Source: an uncultured delta proteobacterium (GTDB lineage: Bacteria > Myxococcota_A > Polyangia > Haliangiales > Haliangiaceae). Taken from it: 64,000 nucleotides of DNA. The position numbers and the translations under genes were made by a program. Positions within the stretch are counted from its first letter, which is position 1. Every line of letters starts with the position of its first letter. The stretch lies in assembly GCA_963848295.1 (NCBI GenBank), contig CAWKDB010000010.1, positions 4,192,001 to 4,256,000 of the forward strand. Direction: 5' to 3'. This document shows positions 1-9,924 of this stretch, piece after piece. The notes under the pieces were generated by a model. It did no database searches. It was not told the DNA's origin and saw nothing but the letters and a program-made list of their open reading frames with translations.

Positions 1-753
1 TACCTCATCCGGCGCTCGTTCATGGTCTTCGCATCGGCGCATCAGCACTTCTCCGGCATCGTTTTTTGGGGCGAGCCCGAGGAGTCCGACATCCTGCTCG
101 CCACACCGACCTTCGAGGCGCGGCTCGTCGGACCTCCGCATCCATCGCTCGTCGACGCACGCTACATCACGCGCGTCGACCCGCTCGCCTTCGGCCTGTT
201 TGCCGCCTTCGCCACCCGGCACGAGCGGGCGCTGTCACCGTTGATCACGAGACTCGCGGTGCTGCACGGCGATGGTGTCGTCGGCGCGGTCGCCGCCGGC
301 TTCGCCGCTTCGCTCGCGCTGCCTTTCCCCGTTCGCGCGTTCCGCGCCGCGTCCGAGGCGCTCGATTGGCTCGCGCCGCCCATCGAGGCCCGCGCCGTCG
401 AGGTGTTCGAGGAGGTCGAGCGCGTGGTCGGGCGATCGCGCGGAGGCGCGCCATTGCTCGCCGAGCTCGCCGGACTGCTCGAGGCGAAGCCGAGCCTCGA
501 TCTCGCGGGGGCCGCGGCCGAGCTCGCACTGTCGACGCGCAGTCTGCAGCGCAAGCTCCGCGAGCTCGACACGTCATTCCAGAACGAGATCGACGCCGCG
601 CGCATACGGGTCGCGCGGCGCCTCCTCGCCGACAGCCACGCGAACGTGACGCGGGTGGCACTGGCGGTGGGCATGCGCTCGCCCCGCGCGCTCGCGAGAG
701 TGTTCCGTCGTGTGACCGGGCAGGCACCCGCGGCTCTTCGAGACCGGACGTAG
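1..753 (+). CDS. AraC-family transcriptional regulator (probably 5'-truncated by window)
   Basis: C-terminal double HTH (LALSTRSLQRKL...VALAVGMRSPRALARVFRRVTGQAP); frame open from base 1, first ATG at 22. Confidence 0.85.
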   Translation, partial: YLIRRSFMVFASAHQHFSGIVFWGEPEESDILLATPTFEARLVGPPHPSLVDARYITRVDPLAFGLFAAFATRHERALSPLITRLAVLHGDGVVGAVAAGFAASLALPFPVRAFRAASEALDWLAPPIEARAVEVFEEVERVVGRSRGGAPLLAELAGLLEAKPSLDLAGAAAELALSTRSLQRKLRELDTSFQNEIDAARIRVARRLLADSHANVTRVALAVGMRSPRALARVFRRVTGQAPAALRDRT

Positions 754-920
754 CACGCGCAGTCCGACCACTGAGCGAGGCTCGTGCGTGCGGACATCGC
801 GCGGCGCGCTGTTTGGCGCGATCGGTCCTTCGATTGGCGCGCGACCGGAAGATCACCGCTCCTAGAGTGCCGTCGCCGCGGGGCGTTGTCCCCGCTCGAT
901 TTCAATCCACGGAGGACATC

Positions 921-1436
921 ATGAAGAAGTCGTTTTTCTCGAGTGCTGTGATCGCGGTTGTCGGTGCCTTGGTGTGCAGCTGCGCGGGTCTTGATTCATC
1001 GGCGGACCCTGACGGATCCAGCGAGCTCACGACGTCGCAATACGTCGTGACCAGCGACGGTTCGGCCGACGCGATTCACACGACGGTGGTCGACGCTTCG
1101 GATGGCGCACCGGTCGCGACCCTCGACTGGTCCGCCGATACCGGCGAGGCGACCTATGCGTCCACGAGGGGCTGGTCGTTCACGACCGCAGAAGCTACGG
1201 AGGCTCCCACGCTCGACTCGCAGAACGCGTTCGCCGCCGCGCTGAGCGGAGATGGCAAGGCGGATCCTGCCGGCGAGACCGAGCAGCATGGCCGCGACCG
1301 GCGTGCCGGCGGGTGCTCGGTCTACGAGTACGCGAGCGCAGACAACGACACGTTCCTGTCGTGCAGCAGCATCGGTTGCAAGTGCTACGGCGTCTGCGAC
1401 CAGATCGAGCTCCTCAGCTACGTGGGTTGCGTCTGA
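921..1436 (+). CDS. Lipoprotein with 6-Cys C-terminal segment, function unknown
   Basis: GGAGG RBS at 911-915; MKK + hydrophobic stretch + VCSC lipobox; ends RRAGG-CSVYEY...CKCYGVC...GCV. Confidence 0.7.
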   Translation: MKKSFFSSAVIAVVGALVCSCAGLDSSADPDGSSELTTSQYVVTSDGSADAIHTTVVDASDGAPVATLDWSADTGEATYASTRGWSFTTAEATEAPTLDSQNAFAAALSGDGKADPAGETEQHGRDRRAGGCSVYEYASADNDTFLSCSSIGCKCYGVCDQIELLSYVGCV

Positions 1437-1727
1437 GCTAGGCGAACGAGCTCGGATCCGGCTGCGCCGCGTCAGGCCGAACGCAGCGCAGCCGGTGATC
1501 TGTGTGCTGCGAGGCTCGGTCATAGCTTGCGCCCGTTCGCTGCGCCGACGACGCCCGAGCCGTGGCGCCGCTCCCAGCGGCGTATGGTAACTCCGAACCG
1601 AGGGTCGTTGGCGCGAAAAATAACCGTCGCCGATCAGCGGAATCCCACGCTAATTCAATATCTTGAGTCGGTTGGCCGAAAGTTGATTTCCATGTGTACG
1701 ACAACACCACCCCTGTACGATGGAGTA

Positions 1728-2582
1728 ATGCGATCGCTCACCGTCGTTGTAGGCCTAGTAATCGGACTGACCCTCATTGCGTGCGGCCGAAACACCGACG
1801 CGGGCGCCGATGCCGCCGGGAACGGCTGCGTCGAGGCCGCGAAGTTCGTTTACGTCGTCGACGTCACGAACAGGTTTTCGCAGTTCGATCCGATGACGGG
1901 TCAGTTTACCGAGCTCGGCGTGCTCGCGTGCGAGCCGCAGATCGGCGCGGCGCCGTTCTCCATGAGCATCGATCGCGACGCGTACGCGTGGGTCGTCTAT
2001 ACCGACGGCGCGCTCTATAAGGTCGACATTCAAAATGGGCTGACCTGCACGAAGACCGCGTGGGCATCGCCGAATAGCTTGTTCGAGTTCGGGATGGGCT
2101 TCTCGAGCGATACGTCCGGCGGAACGAGCGACACCCTCTACGTCGCCAGCGCGTCGAACGCGACCGGCATGGGCAGCGTCGCGAAGCTGGCGAGGGTCGA
2201 CACCGGGACGCTCGACGCGACCGTGATCGGCACGATCGCGGGTGCGCCCGAGCTTACGGGCACCGATTCGGCGGAGCTGTGGGCGTGGATCCCCGACGCA
2301 GAGCGGCCGACGGTCGAACAGCTCGACAAGACGACCGGCGAGCAGCTCACGACGTTCCAGTCGACGCTCGCCGACCTCGCGGGTACACCGATGAACTGGG
2401 CGTTCGCGTTTTGGGGCGGCGACTTTTGGGTGTTCCTCAAACGCTCGCAGCCGCAGGACGAGACGACGGTGATCTATCAGATCGACGGCGGCAACGGCGC
2501 GATCAAGAGCACGACCCCCACTCGCGATGCCTCGATCGTCGGCGCGGGTGTGTCGACCTGCGCGCCGGTCGTGCTTCTCTAG
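1728..2582 (+). CDS. Myxobacterial-type lipoprotein, probable beta-propeller
   Basis: GGAG RBS, LIAC lipobox, beta-rich repeats, ends GAGVSTCAP. Confidence 0.7.
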   Translation: MRSLTVVVGLVIGLTLIACGRNTDAGADAAGNGCVEAAKFVYVVDVTNRFSQFDPMTGQFTELGVLACEPQIGAAPFSMSIDRDAYAWVVYTDGALYKVDIQNGLTCTKTAWASPNSLFEFGMGFSSDTSGGTSDTLYVASASNATGMGSVAKLARVDTGTLDATVIGTIAGAPELTGTDSAELWAWIPDAERPTVEQLDKTTGEQLTTFQSTLADLAGTPMNWAFAFWGGDFWVFLKRSQPQDETTVIYQIDGGNGAIKSTTPTRDASIVGAGVSTCAPVVLL

Positions 2583-2652
2583 CCGTTGGGATCGCGCTCC
2601 ACCATCCGCGACGCCGGTGCGGTCGCTCTTCGATGGTGCGTTCCCACGATCG

Positions 2653-2741
2653 CGCAAGAAGTGCGCGAATGGCGAGTGCCGTCGCAGCCGCTTCGCGAAC
2701 GATGTCCGCCGCACGCCACTATCGCTGGCACGACCTGCGCA
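2653..2741 (+). promoter_or_regulatory. Paired CGCA-N5-TGCG sites plus sigma54 promoter
   Basis: Sites 2653-2665 (perfect) and 2683-2695 (1 mismatch); TGGCACGACCTGCGCA (GG-N10-GC) at 2726-2741. Confidence 0.7.
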
Positions 2742-2753
2742 GTGTGCCGAGGT

Positions 2754-2939
2754 ATGGCCGCTGTACTCGCACTCGTCATGCTTCCTGTCATCGCCGCGAT
2801 CGGCTGCTTCCTCGGAACGCTGCATGGTGGCGCCTCTCTATCGTCGGTGCTTGCCGCCGTCGCGTTCGTCGCGCTTGCCCTCGGCGTGCTCGGTGGGGCG
2901 TTGCGCTTCCAGCGATCGCTCGATGGCCCCGAGGATTAA
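2754..2939 (+). CDS. Small 2-TM membrane protein (61 aa)
   Basis: Two hydrophobic helices; ATG 13 nt after sigma54 -12 box. Confidence 0.55.
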   Translation: MAAVLALVMLPVIAAIGCFLGTLHGGASLSSVLAAVAFVALALGVLGGALRFQRSLDGPED

Positions 2940-2975
2940 CCCACGAAAATGCGCCACGGCGTGGCGTGTGCCGAC

Positions 2976-3401
2976 TCAGCCGCCGCCTTCGACGACGATG
3001 ACGTCGTCGCGCAACACTTTCGATGACAGGAAGTAGCGCTCTTCGGTCGATAGATGTTCGCGCAAACGCTGGAGCGCTAACCGCAACTCGGCGGTGACTC
3101 CGTCGGCTAGCGTCTTGTGAACGAGGCGATGTTCTTCGAAGTGATCGGTCACCATTTGCTCGATCCGGACCTCGGCAAAGGCGCCGCTATCGATCAGCAG
3201 TGGCCGCAGGAACTGCTCTTCGTGTCGGTTGTGTACCTTGAACGCGACGCGGAGCCGCGCGACCTCGGAGGTCAAGGCGGCGGGTTCGGCGCGACCGGCA
3301 TCGAGGTCGTCCGAAAGCTGTTCGCATCGATCGATCATCTCGCGCAACGCTTCGTGCTCGAGCAGCAGCTCGGCGAGGACCCTCGAGGGCGCGGTGCTCA
3401 T
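2976..3401 (-). CDS. Hemerythrin/HHE-domain protein
   Basis: EH...HNRHEE...DHFEEH...HLSTEE metal-ligand pattern; GGAG RBS. Confidence 0.8.
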   Translation of the reverse strand: MSTAPSRVLAELLLEHEALREMIDRCEQLSDDLDAGRAEPAALTSEVARLRVAFKVHNRHEEQFLRPLLIDSGAFAEVRIEQMVTDHFEEHRLVHKTLADGVTAELRLALQRLREHLSTEERYFLSSKVLRDDVIVVEGGG

Positions 3402-3460
3402 GCCGGCTCTCCGCCGATGTTTTGCGACCTCGTTTGGTTCTCGAACATGCACTTGTTCCC

Positions 3461-3584
3461 TGCATCGGCCATTCCAGCCGATACGACGGTGGCGCCGCGC
3501 CAAGACTCGCAAGACATGCGTCTCGGCGTCGGTGCCGCGCAATGCTTGCGTGTCGTTGTGACGCGAGTTGGCATCGCGGTTGCT
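3461..3584. promoter_or_regulatory. Divergent sigma54 promoters sharing two CGCA-N5-TGCG sites
   Basis: Minus TGGAATGGCCGATGCA (3476-3461); perfect sites 3508-3520 and 3538-3550; plus TGGCATCGCGGTTGCT (3569-3584). Confidence 0.75.
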
Positions 3585-3596
3585 CGTCGTATAGAC

Positions 3597-3833
3597 ATGG
3601 CGCGAATCACCTGCAACGAGCTCCTCGATCGCGGCGACCTGGCGGCGACAACTGGCGACCGATCGACGCTCTCACGCGTAGCGTCGCTGCTTGCCAGTCG
3701 AGTCGGAGACCCGATCTCGGCCCGATTGCGCGGGCTCGCACGAGCGTGTCGTAGCGATGTTGAAGATGTGCGCACGACGTGGACGTCATTGCGAACAGAA
3801 GTCGTCACGCGCATCGCCACCGCAGGCACCTGA
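3597..3833 (+). CDS. Small hypothetical protein (78 aa)
   Basis: ATG 13 nt after sigma54 -12 box; helical composition. Confidence 0.55.
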   Translation: MARITCNELLDRGDLAATTGDRSTLSRVASLLASRVGDPISARLRGLARACRSDVEDVRTTWTSLRTEVVTRIATAGT

Positions 3834-3852
3834 TTCCGTCCGGTACACGGCG

Positions 3853-4611
3853 TCAAGTGTGCGGTCGACGCGGCGTGACCGACCTGGCAAGCGCTGGCGT
3901 CTCGAGCCCAGCATCCACCGTGAGCTCTGACTGTAAGATCGACAGCGCCGTCGCCGGATCGTCGACAAAGCGGAACAACGACAGGTCCTCGCGCGCGATG
4001 ACGCCGTGGCGAACGAGGGCGTCGAAGTTGATGATCTCGTTCCAGTAGCTCGACCCGTACAGCAGGATCGTGATCTTGCGATCGAGCTTGCGGGTCTGCG
4101 CCAGCGTCAGCATCTCGGTCAGCTCGTCGAGCGTGCCGAACCCACCAGGAAACGCGACCATCGCGCGCGCGAGATACGTGAACCACAGCTTACGCATGAA
4201 GAAGTAGTGGAACTCGAACGACAGCTCGCGCGTGATGTACGGATTCGGGCGCTGCTCGTGCGGCAGGCCGATGTTGAGCCCGATCGTCCGACCGCCGGCG
4301 TCGGACGCGCCGCGATTCGCCGCCTCCATGATCCCGCCGCCGCCTCCGCTACAGACGATGAACCGTTGAGCGCCAGGCGGAAGTGACTTCGACCAGGCCG
4401 TGCACAGGCGGGCGAGCTCGCGCGCCTCGGTGTAGTACCGGCCGAGCGGACCGTCTTCGCGGGTACGCGCGGAGCCGAAGAATACGATCGTGTCCTGGAT
4501 CCGCTGGCGCTGGAATGCGCGCATCGGCTGGACATACTCGGCGAGGATGCGCAGCGGGCGCGCCTCGTCGCTGTCGAGGAAGTCTTCATCGTGATACGCG
4601 AGCGCAGTCAT
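3853..4611 (-). CDS. LOG-family (lysine-decarboxylase-like) nucleotide phosphoribohydrolase
   Basis: VFFGSAR, SGGGGGIMEAANRGA, PGGFGTLDE motifs; TAATG coupling with upstream gene. Confidence 0.9.
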   Translation of the reverse strand: MTALAYHDEDFLDSDEARPLRILAEYVQPMRAFQRQRIQDTIVFFGSARTREDGPLGRYYTEARELARLCTAWSKSLPPGAQRFIVCSGGGGGIMEAANRGASDAGGRTIGLNIGLPHEQRPNPYITRELSFEFHYFFMRKLWFTYLARAMVAFPGGFGTLDELTEMLTLAQTRKLDRKITILLYGSSYWNEIINFDALVRHGVIAREDLSLFRFVDDPATALSILQSELTVDAGLETPALARSVTPRRPHT

Positions 4612-5351
4612 TACTTGGCGCCGGCCCAGGCGATCGCGCCTTCGACGTCGTCGTATGCGAACGTCCTGATCTCCGCTGCGATGAAATGCTCGGCGAGTTT
4701 CGGTGCGAGGCTCGCGAGCTTGGTATCCGCCGCGAGCGCGATCCGCTTGACCTTCCGATGGTGGTCGCGCACGAACCTCAGGTGTCGAACGAGCGCGGGC
4801 AGGTTCTCCCAGCCGGGGAACGCCCGCGTGTGGATAACGAGCCCGGGTAGATCGCCGTGCGCCTCGATCCAGTGGTCCGCGGTGAAGGCCAAGGCGTCGA
4901 AGTCTTGCGCTCGCAAAGGTCGAGAGATGTCCACGACGAGCACGCCGGTCTGCGGCACGAGCCGATGCGTCACGGCCACGGTCTCCGGCAGCGACGCGAG
5001 CCATTCGATCGCACGAGTGCGCTCGGCGCTGGTGAAGGCGTTGATCGGATACGGCATGAAGAATGCGGCGAGCCGCGTGGCTTCACGCATCCACGCGACA
5101 TCTGTAACGATGGCGATGCCGTCGAACCGCCGGATCGATCCGATGCCGAGCTTCACGTCCTCCCATGCGCCACTCGGCGTTACACCGTCGAAGCTGAGCG
5201 CGATCTCGCACAGCACGCGGAGCCGCTTTCCATCGCGCCTGGCCTCGTCGAGCAGAGGCACGACGCTCCGTTCATAGTCCTGTTTCGAGATCCGGCCATC
5301 TGCACTCAGACCAGAGATCCCGGGTGGAAGATTTGCGATTCGTTCGATCAT
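4611..5351 (-). CDS. Tandem STAS/SEC14 (SpoIIAA-like) domain protein
   Basis: Two SpoIIAA-like repeats (AWEDVKLG...IAIVTD; FPGWE...KVKRIALAAD). Confidence 0.85.
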   Translation of the reverse strand: MIERIANLPPGISGLSADGRISKQDYERSVVPLLDEARRDGKRLRVLCEIALSFDGVTPSGAWEDVKLGIGSIRRFDGIAIVTDVAWMREATRLAAFFMPYPINAFTSAERTRAIEWLASLPETVAVTHRLVPQTGVLVVDISRPLRAQDFDALAFTADHWIEAHGDLPGLVIHTRAFPGWENLPALVRHLRFVRDHHRKVKRIALAADTKLASLAPKLAEHFIAAEIRTFAYDDVEGAIAWAGAK

Positions 5352-5902
5352 CGGTGTGCTCCATGCGCGGCATCAGTGCCGCTGATCTGTGCCTGACCCT
5401 CGTGCTCGGCCAGCAGCCCTCGTGCGCATTCGACCTCGGCCGGAGGTACGCTCGCGATCAACAAGAATCGGTCCGCCCCTAGCTCCCGCTCGAGCTGGAT
5501 CACCGTGTCCTTAGGGACGCCGAGTCCGAATAGAGCTGCGGCGAACGCGCTCGTCCCGCCGAGTACGGCGGCGCCGACCGCACCACCTTCGATGGCGCCC
5601 AGCAACATCGAGCCGACGATCCCACGCGTCACGATCGGGCCGATTCCCGGAATCCAGAGCGACGCCGGTGCGAGGACAATCCCGAACAGGGCGCCCCAGA
5701 AGGCGCCGTGGCGACCCCAGTACTTGACGCGATCGGCCGCACGGTAGAAGCCGACGGCATGTCCCTCGGCGTGACGACCGCGCCCGATGATCGAGAGCTT
5801 GTTCGTGTCGAAGCTGGCATGCTCCAGTGCGCGGAGCGCGCGCTCGGCGTCTCGATGGTGACCGAACACGGCGACACAGTGGCTGTCTGTAGTCGTCTTC
5901 AT
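5348..5902 (-). CDS. General-stress/DUF1269-like Gly-zipper membrane protein
   Basis: KLSIIGR...GFY...WGxxGAFWG, IPGIGP, LGVPKD. Confidence 0.8.
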   Translation of the reverse strand: MKTTTDSHCVAVFGHHRDAERALRALEHASFDTNKLSIIGRGRHAEGHAVGFYRAADRVKYWGRHGAFWGALFGIVLAPASLWIPGIGPIVTRGIVGSMLLGAIEGGAVGAAVLGGTSAFAAALFGLGVPKDTVIQLERELGADRFLLIASVPPAEVECARGLLAEHEGQAQISGTDAAHGAHR

Positions 5903-5919
5903 GTCTACCCGTACACCAC

Positions 5920-6019
5920 TGCATCAGAAGTGCCCGCGATCGAGTGGGACCACGCGCCTGTCGCGTCGGGGGTGTGCGCAGACGGTGCGGTGCGTTCTGC
6001 GACAGGCGCAAACCCTGCG
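5920..6019 (-). promoter_or_regulatory. sigma54 promoter with paired CGCA-N5-TGCG sites
   Basis: GGGCACTTCTGATGCA (5935-5920); perfect sites 5977-5989 and 6007-6019. Confidence 0.75.
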
Positions 6020-6025
6020 TTCCGG

Positions 6026-7678
6026 TCACTCGCGCGGCGGCTTTATGATTCGCCCGCCTCCAAACGGATGGCAGCCGGCGCAGCTCACTGCGGTCGGCTC
6101 GTGTTGCACGCGATCGCGATGGCAGGTCAAGCAGGTCGCGCGGTCGCTGCGGCCGGTCGCTGCGTGGGCCGAATGGCAAGCCGTGCAGGTTGCCTGGTGC
6201 TGTGCGACGCGATGCAAGCCCGGGAGCTGTGCTTTCGCGTGGCAGCTCTCGCACGCCGGTGGAGCGGCGGGTCCGCTCGGGCCGTGCGGGCGATGACAGC
6301 TCGCACACGCGAGCGCGACCCCGTGGCCGACCTTGATCTTTTCGGCGTGACACGTCGCGCACGCCGCCGTCGCTTGTTTAGGATCGTGCGGGTTGTGGCA
6401 ACCGTCGCAGCGTTGATGACCGGCCGGCGCGGACGCAGCCTCCGGACGATGGCAGCTCGCACACGCGGTCGTCGGCGCCTTTGGAGCGTGCGTCGCATTC
6501 GTGTGGCAGCTCGCGCACTCCGCGTGGCCGGTGCCGCTCGTCGTGTGCGCGTGATCCGCATGACAGCGCGCACACAACGCCGTGGTCGCGTTCGGCTTCG
6601 GGCCGTGCGCGGTATGGCAGAGCGCGCAAGCCGCGTGCCCGGTGTTTGCGGCCGAGTGGGAACGATCGGTATGGCACCTGCCGCATGTTGCAGCGTCGTT
6701 CGCGGGCTTTCCATCGTGCGCGACGTGACAGTCGAGACAGGGCGTATCCGCATGGTGCTCGGTCGCGTGACAGGTCGTGCAGGCGACCGCCTTCGTCCCC
6801 GACGCGACGAGCGCGCCCGAATGCACGGGGTGGCAGCCGGTACATGTTTGGCCGGCCGCGCTCGCCGGGTGAGAGACCAGCTGCTGGTGACACGTCGTGC
6901 ATGCGCGCGGCGTGTCGTCGTGCGGCGAGTGGCACATCGTGCATTGCTTGTGTGCCGCCGAGGCGAGCACGGGTTGATCGCGATGACACGTGGTGCATGC
7001 CGCGACCTCGGTCTTGCCAAACTCGTGCGGCTGGTGGCAGCCGGTGCACTGCGGGTGGCCAGCGGTCGTCGCGCGTGCGGTGATGTGAAGCGCGGCCGGC
7101 TGCGTCGCGTGACAGCTCGCGCACGCTCGATCCGCGAGGTGCTTGTCCTCGTGCACGCGGTGACAATCGAGACAGCCGTGCAGCCCGGCGTGCTGCGTCT
7201 TCTGCGCGGCATGACATGTCGTGCATGGCCTCGGATCGAGCGATGGTGTCTTGTGCGCATGGTGGCAGCTGCCACATGGTTGATCCGAGTGCGCGCCGAC
7301 CGCATGCTTGCCGTCCTGCGGTCGAGCGTGACAGCTCATGCACGGTGATCGCGGCTTGGCACCGGCTGCGGCGATGTCCGATTCGGTTCGCGGCTTGGCG
7401 CCGAACACGTGGCAGTCCCGGCAGGTCGGCACGTTGGCCACCGCCGGATGCAGCGGCGTGATCACGCCGGCGTGGCATCGCGCGCAGATTTCCGCTGGCG
7501 GCGGCGCGAACCCGGTATCGCCATGGCACGCGGCGCAAGCGACCTTGCCGACGTGAGCGATGTGGCCCGCGCTTCGAGCGACGTCGTGATACGTCGCCGG
7601 CACCTGCTCGGGGACTCGCTCGTCGGCGCCGCCACCGCAGCTGGCGATGACGACCGCGATCACGAGCGCGCGGATCAA
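6026..7678 (-). CDS. 27-heme c-type cytochrome lipoprotein
   Basis: 27 CxxCH counted in 550 aa; IASC lipobox; probable TTG start overlapping upstream TGA. Confidence 0.9.
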   Translation of the reverse strand: MIRALVIAVVIASCGGGADERVPEQVPATYHDVARSAGHIAHVGKVACAACHGDTGFAPPPAEICARCHAGVITPLHPAVANVPTCRDCHVFGAKPRTESDIAAAGAKPRSPCMSCHARPQDGKHAVGAHSDQPCGSCHHAHKTPSLDPRPCTTCHAAQKTQHAGLHGCLDCHRVHEDKHLADRACASCHATQPAALHITARATTAGHPQCTGCHQPHEFGKTEVAACTTCHRDQPVLASAAHKQCTMCHSPHDDTPRACTTCHQQLVSHPASAAGQTCTGCHPVHSGALVASGTKAVACTTCHATEHHADTPCLDCHVAHDGKPANDAATCGRCHTDRSHSAANTGHAACALCHTAHGPKPNATTALCARCHADHAHTTSGTGHAECASCHTNATHAPKAPTTACASCHRPEAASAPAGHQRCDGCHNPHDPKQATAACATCHAEKIKVGHGVALACASCHRPHGPSGPAAPPACESCHAKAQLPGLHRVAQHQATCTACHSAHAATGRSDRATCLTCHRDRVQHEPTAVSCAGCHPFGGGRIIKPPRE

Positions 7679-8712
7679 GGCCGCGATCCGATCGGATGAC
7701 ACAGCCGACACGGCATCGACGAGACCGGCACGCGGCTCGACCACCCCGGCGGATGAACCGTGCCACCGACCCCGCCGACCTTGTGACAACCGACGCACAG
7801 CATCTGACCGGCGCCGTCGTGACAGCTCGCGCACGAGGTCGGATCGCGGCGAGCCTCACGCCCGTGCTCGTTATCGGCGGCGGCTGGCCCGACCCAGCCC
7901 GGCGGATGCGGGCTGATCCGGCCGTTGCCCGCGATCCCGCGCTCGAGGTGGCAGCTCGCGCAGCGATCCGGCGAATGACACGTGGTGCACGCGCCCGGCT
8001 CGGCGCGCGCTTCGAGCGCGTGGCGCGCGACAAACCCGGCGCGATGCACGCTCGGCGCGAACGGATCGGAGAAGTGCAGCGTCGCGGGCAGCGCGGCGAC
8101 GGTCTTGCCATGGCACTCCGCGCAGAACTGTTCGCGGTGGCACGACTGACAGACGTCACCCGACGATGCGGCGCGCGTCCCGTGCTCGCGGAGCCAATCG
8201 CCATCGTGTGCGAGGTGGCTCTGCGGCAGCGTCGTCGTGTCTTCGAGGTCGCGGTGGCACGCGTCGCATTTGCGTGCATCCTGGGCGGCGTCGTGGTCAT
8301 GGCACTTGAAGCACGTCGCCATCGGCGGCTGCATGTGCTGGCCACCCTCGGTGACGCCGACGTGGCACCGCACGCAATCGCCGTTGGTCGGCCCGGCGTG
8401 CTTGCGATGATCGAACACGAGATGGTCTCGCGTCTCCGCGAGCTCGGCGAGCGCGTTCGCCTCGGCATGACAGCCGAGACACGGATGCGTGTCATGCGGC
8501 TTGGCGTGGCAGGTCGTGCACGTCGCGTCATCCGGGATGTGCAGCTCGGTCCCACTTCCCGCGTTGATGCCGACATGACAGCGCGTGCACGCGACGCCCG
8601 CCAGCGCGTGCTTGAGGTGCGGGAACGGTTGCGGCCCGCTGCCGGTCAGCCCGAGCACGCCGGCGCATGCGGCGAATGCCACGCACGCGATCACCGCGAC
8701 GAGCCGCTTCAC
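7675..8712 (-). CDS. 13-heme c-type cytochrome (c3/c7-like), probable lipoprotein
   Basis: 13 CxxCH; FPHLKH/FDHRKH c3-type His motifs; FAAC lipobox; GTGA coupling. Confidence 0.9.
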   Translation of the reverse strand: MKRLVAVIACVAFAACAGVLGLTGSGPQPFPHLKHALAGVACTRCHVGINAGSGTELHIPDDATCTTCHAKPHDTHPCLGCHAEANALAELAETRDHLVFDHRKHAGPTNGDCVRCHVGVTEGGQHMQPPMATCFKCHDHDAAQDARKCDACHRDLEDTTTLPQSHLAHDGDWLREHGTRAASSGDVCQSCHREQFCAECHGKTVAALPATLHFSDPFAPSVHRAGFVARHALEARAEPGACTTCHSPDRCASCHLERGIAGNGRISPHPPGWVGPAAADNEHGREARRDPTSCASCHDGAGQMLCVGCHKVGGVGGTVHPPGWSSRVPVSSMPCRLCHPIGSRP

Positions 8713-9924
8713 GACTTCCCCCAACGCCGCCCGAGTTGTGCGAGCACGTCGAGACGTCGCAGCGATTCGGGTGACGACGACGCTTCGCCGGCGACCGCCG
8801 CGTGCCACGTGCCGTTGTCCCAACCGAGCGCGACCAGTCCCCACGGCCACACGGCGCCGAGCCCCGTGTTGTGATCCGGGATCACGAGCTCGAGCTCGGT
8901 GCTCGTGTACAGCCGGTAAGGTAGAGCGATCCGCGCGGCGCCGCGTGCGCCGGTCCACTCGTCGACGCCGACGCCGTCGCGCCGGAGCTCGCCGGACAAC
9001 GAGCTCACCCCGCGTTCGTCGAGCCGCAGCTTGGCGCGAACGACGATCTCGGGCGCCGTGTCGCCGTCGGCGTGACGCACGCCGAGGTCGCCGCTCACGT
9101 CGAGGCGCGGCGCGGCGCGCCAGGTCAGCGTCGTGCCAGCGCGCTCGGCGGGCATGTCGCCGAGCACCGAGAACAGCGAGGTCGCCGGCAAGATGTGCGA
9201 CGCGGCGACGTAGCTCGAATACACGTCCACCCGGAGCTTCTTGAAGCGGTGAGCTGGCGATCAGCGACGCCTCGGCGAGGCCGGGGTTTGCGAGGTCGTA
9301 GGCGACCTTCGCGCCGATATCATCGCGCTTGCCGAGGGACGCACCGCCGTCGACGCCGACCTCCTCGGTCGCGAGCTCGCCGTCGTCGCGTTGCTCGACG
9401 TAGGCGACGCCGATCGAGTCCCATGTCGCCGATCCGGCGCGAGACGCGGCCGCCGGCGATCCAGTCCCACGAGCGCCCGAGCGCGAGCGACGCGAACGGC
9501 GCGGTCTGCGGGCCGGCGTCTTGCGTCGTGAGGACCGGCGCGACCGGGACACCGCTGAACAGCCTCGACGTCGAGCCGATACGGCAAGCGAAGTCGGCCG
9601 GCAGCGCCATCGATCTGGACGGGCCGCAACGCGCCGAGCGATTCGACGAAGCGGCCGATGTGCGCGGAGGCACGGCCATCGGCGGTGCGCGCCCGCAGCG
9701 CGACCACGAGCACATCGGCGTGCGACTCGTCGCCGATCGTCCCACTCCCCGTCCAGACGACCGCTTCCGCCGACAAGCCCGGTCCTGCATCGCCGTCGGC
9801 GGAGACCGTGACGAGCCCCGCCGGCGCGGCCGTCGTCGCGAGCGCATCGGCGCGCAAGACGATCGGATCCGCGAGTGCGCGCGACGCTCGCGCAGATCGC
9901 GACCGCGAAGATCGGCGCCTTCAT
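8709..9924 (-). CDS. Putative outer-membrane beta-barrel (porin of porin-cytochrome complex), several frameshifts in this sequence
   Basis: Signal peptide MKAPIFAVAI...; reconstructed across frames as about 400 aa of alternating amphipathic beta strands, no heme motifs; ATGA/GTGA coupling at both ends. Confidence 0.6.
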
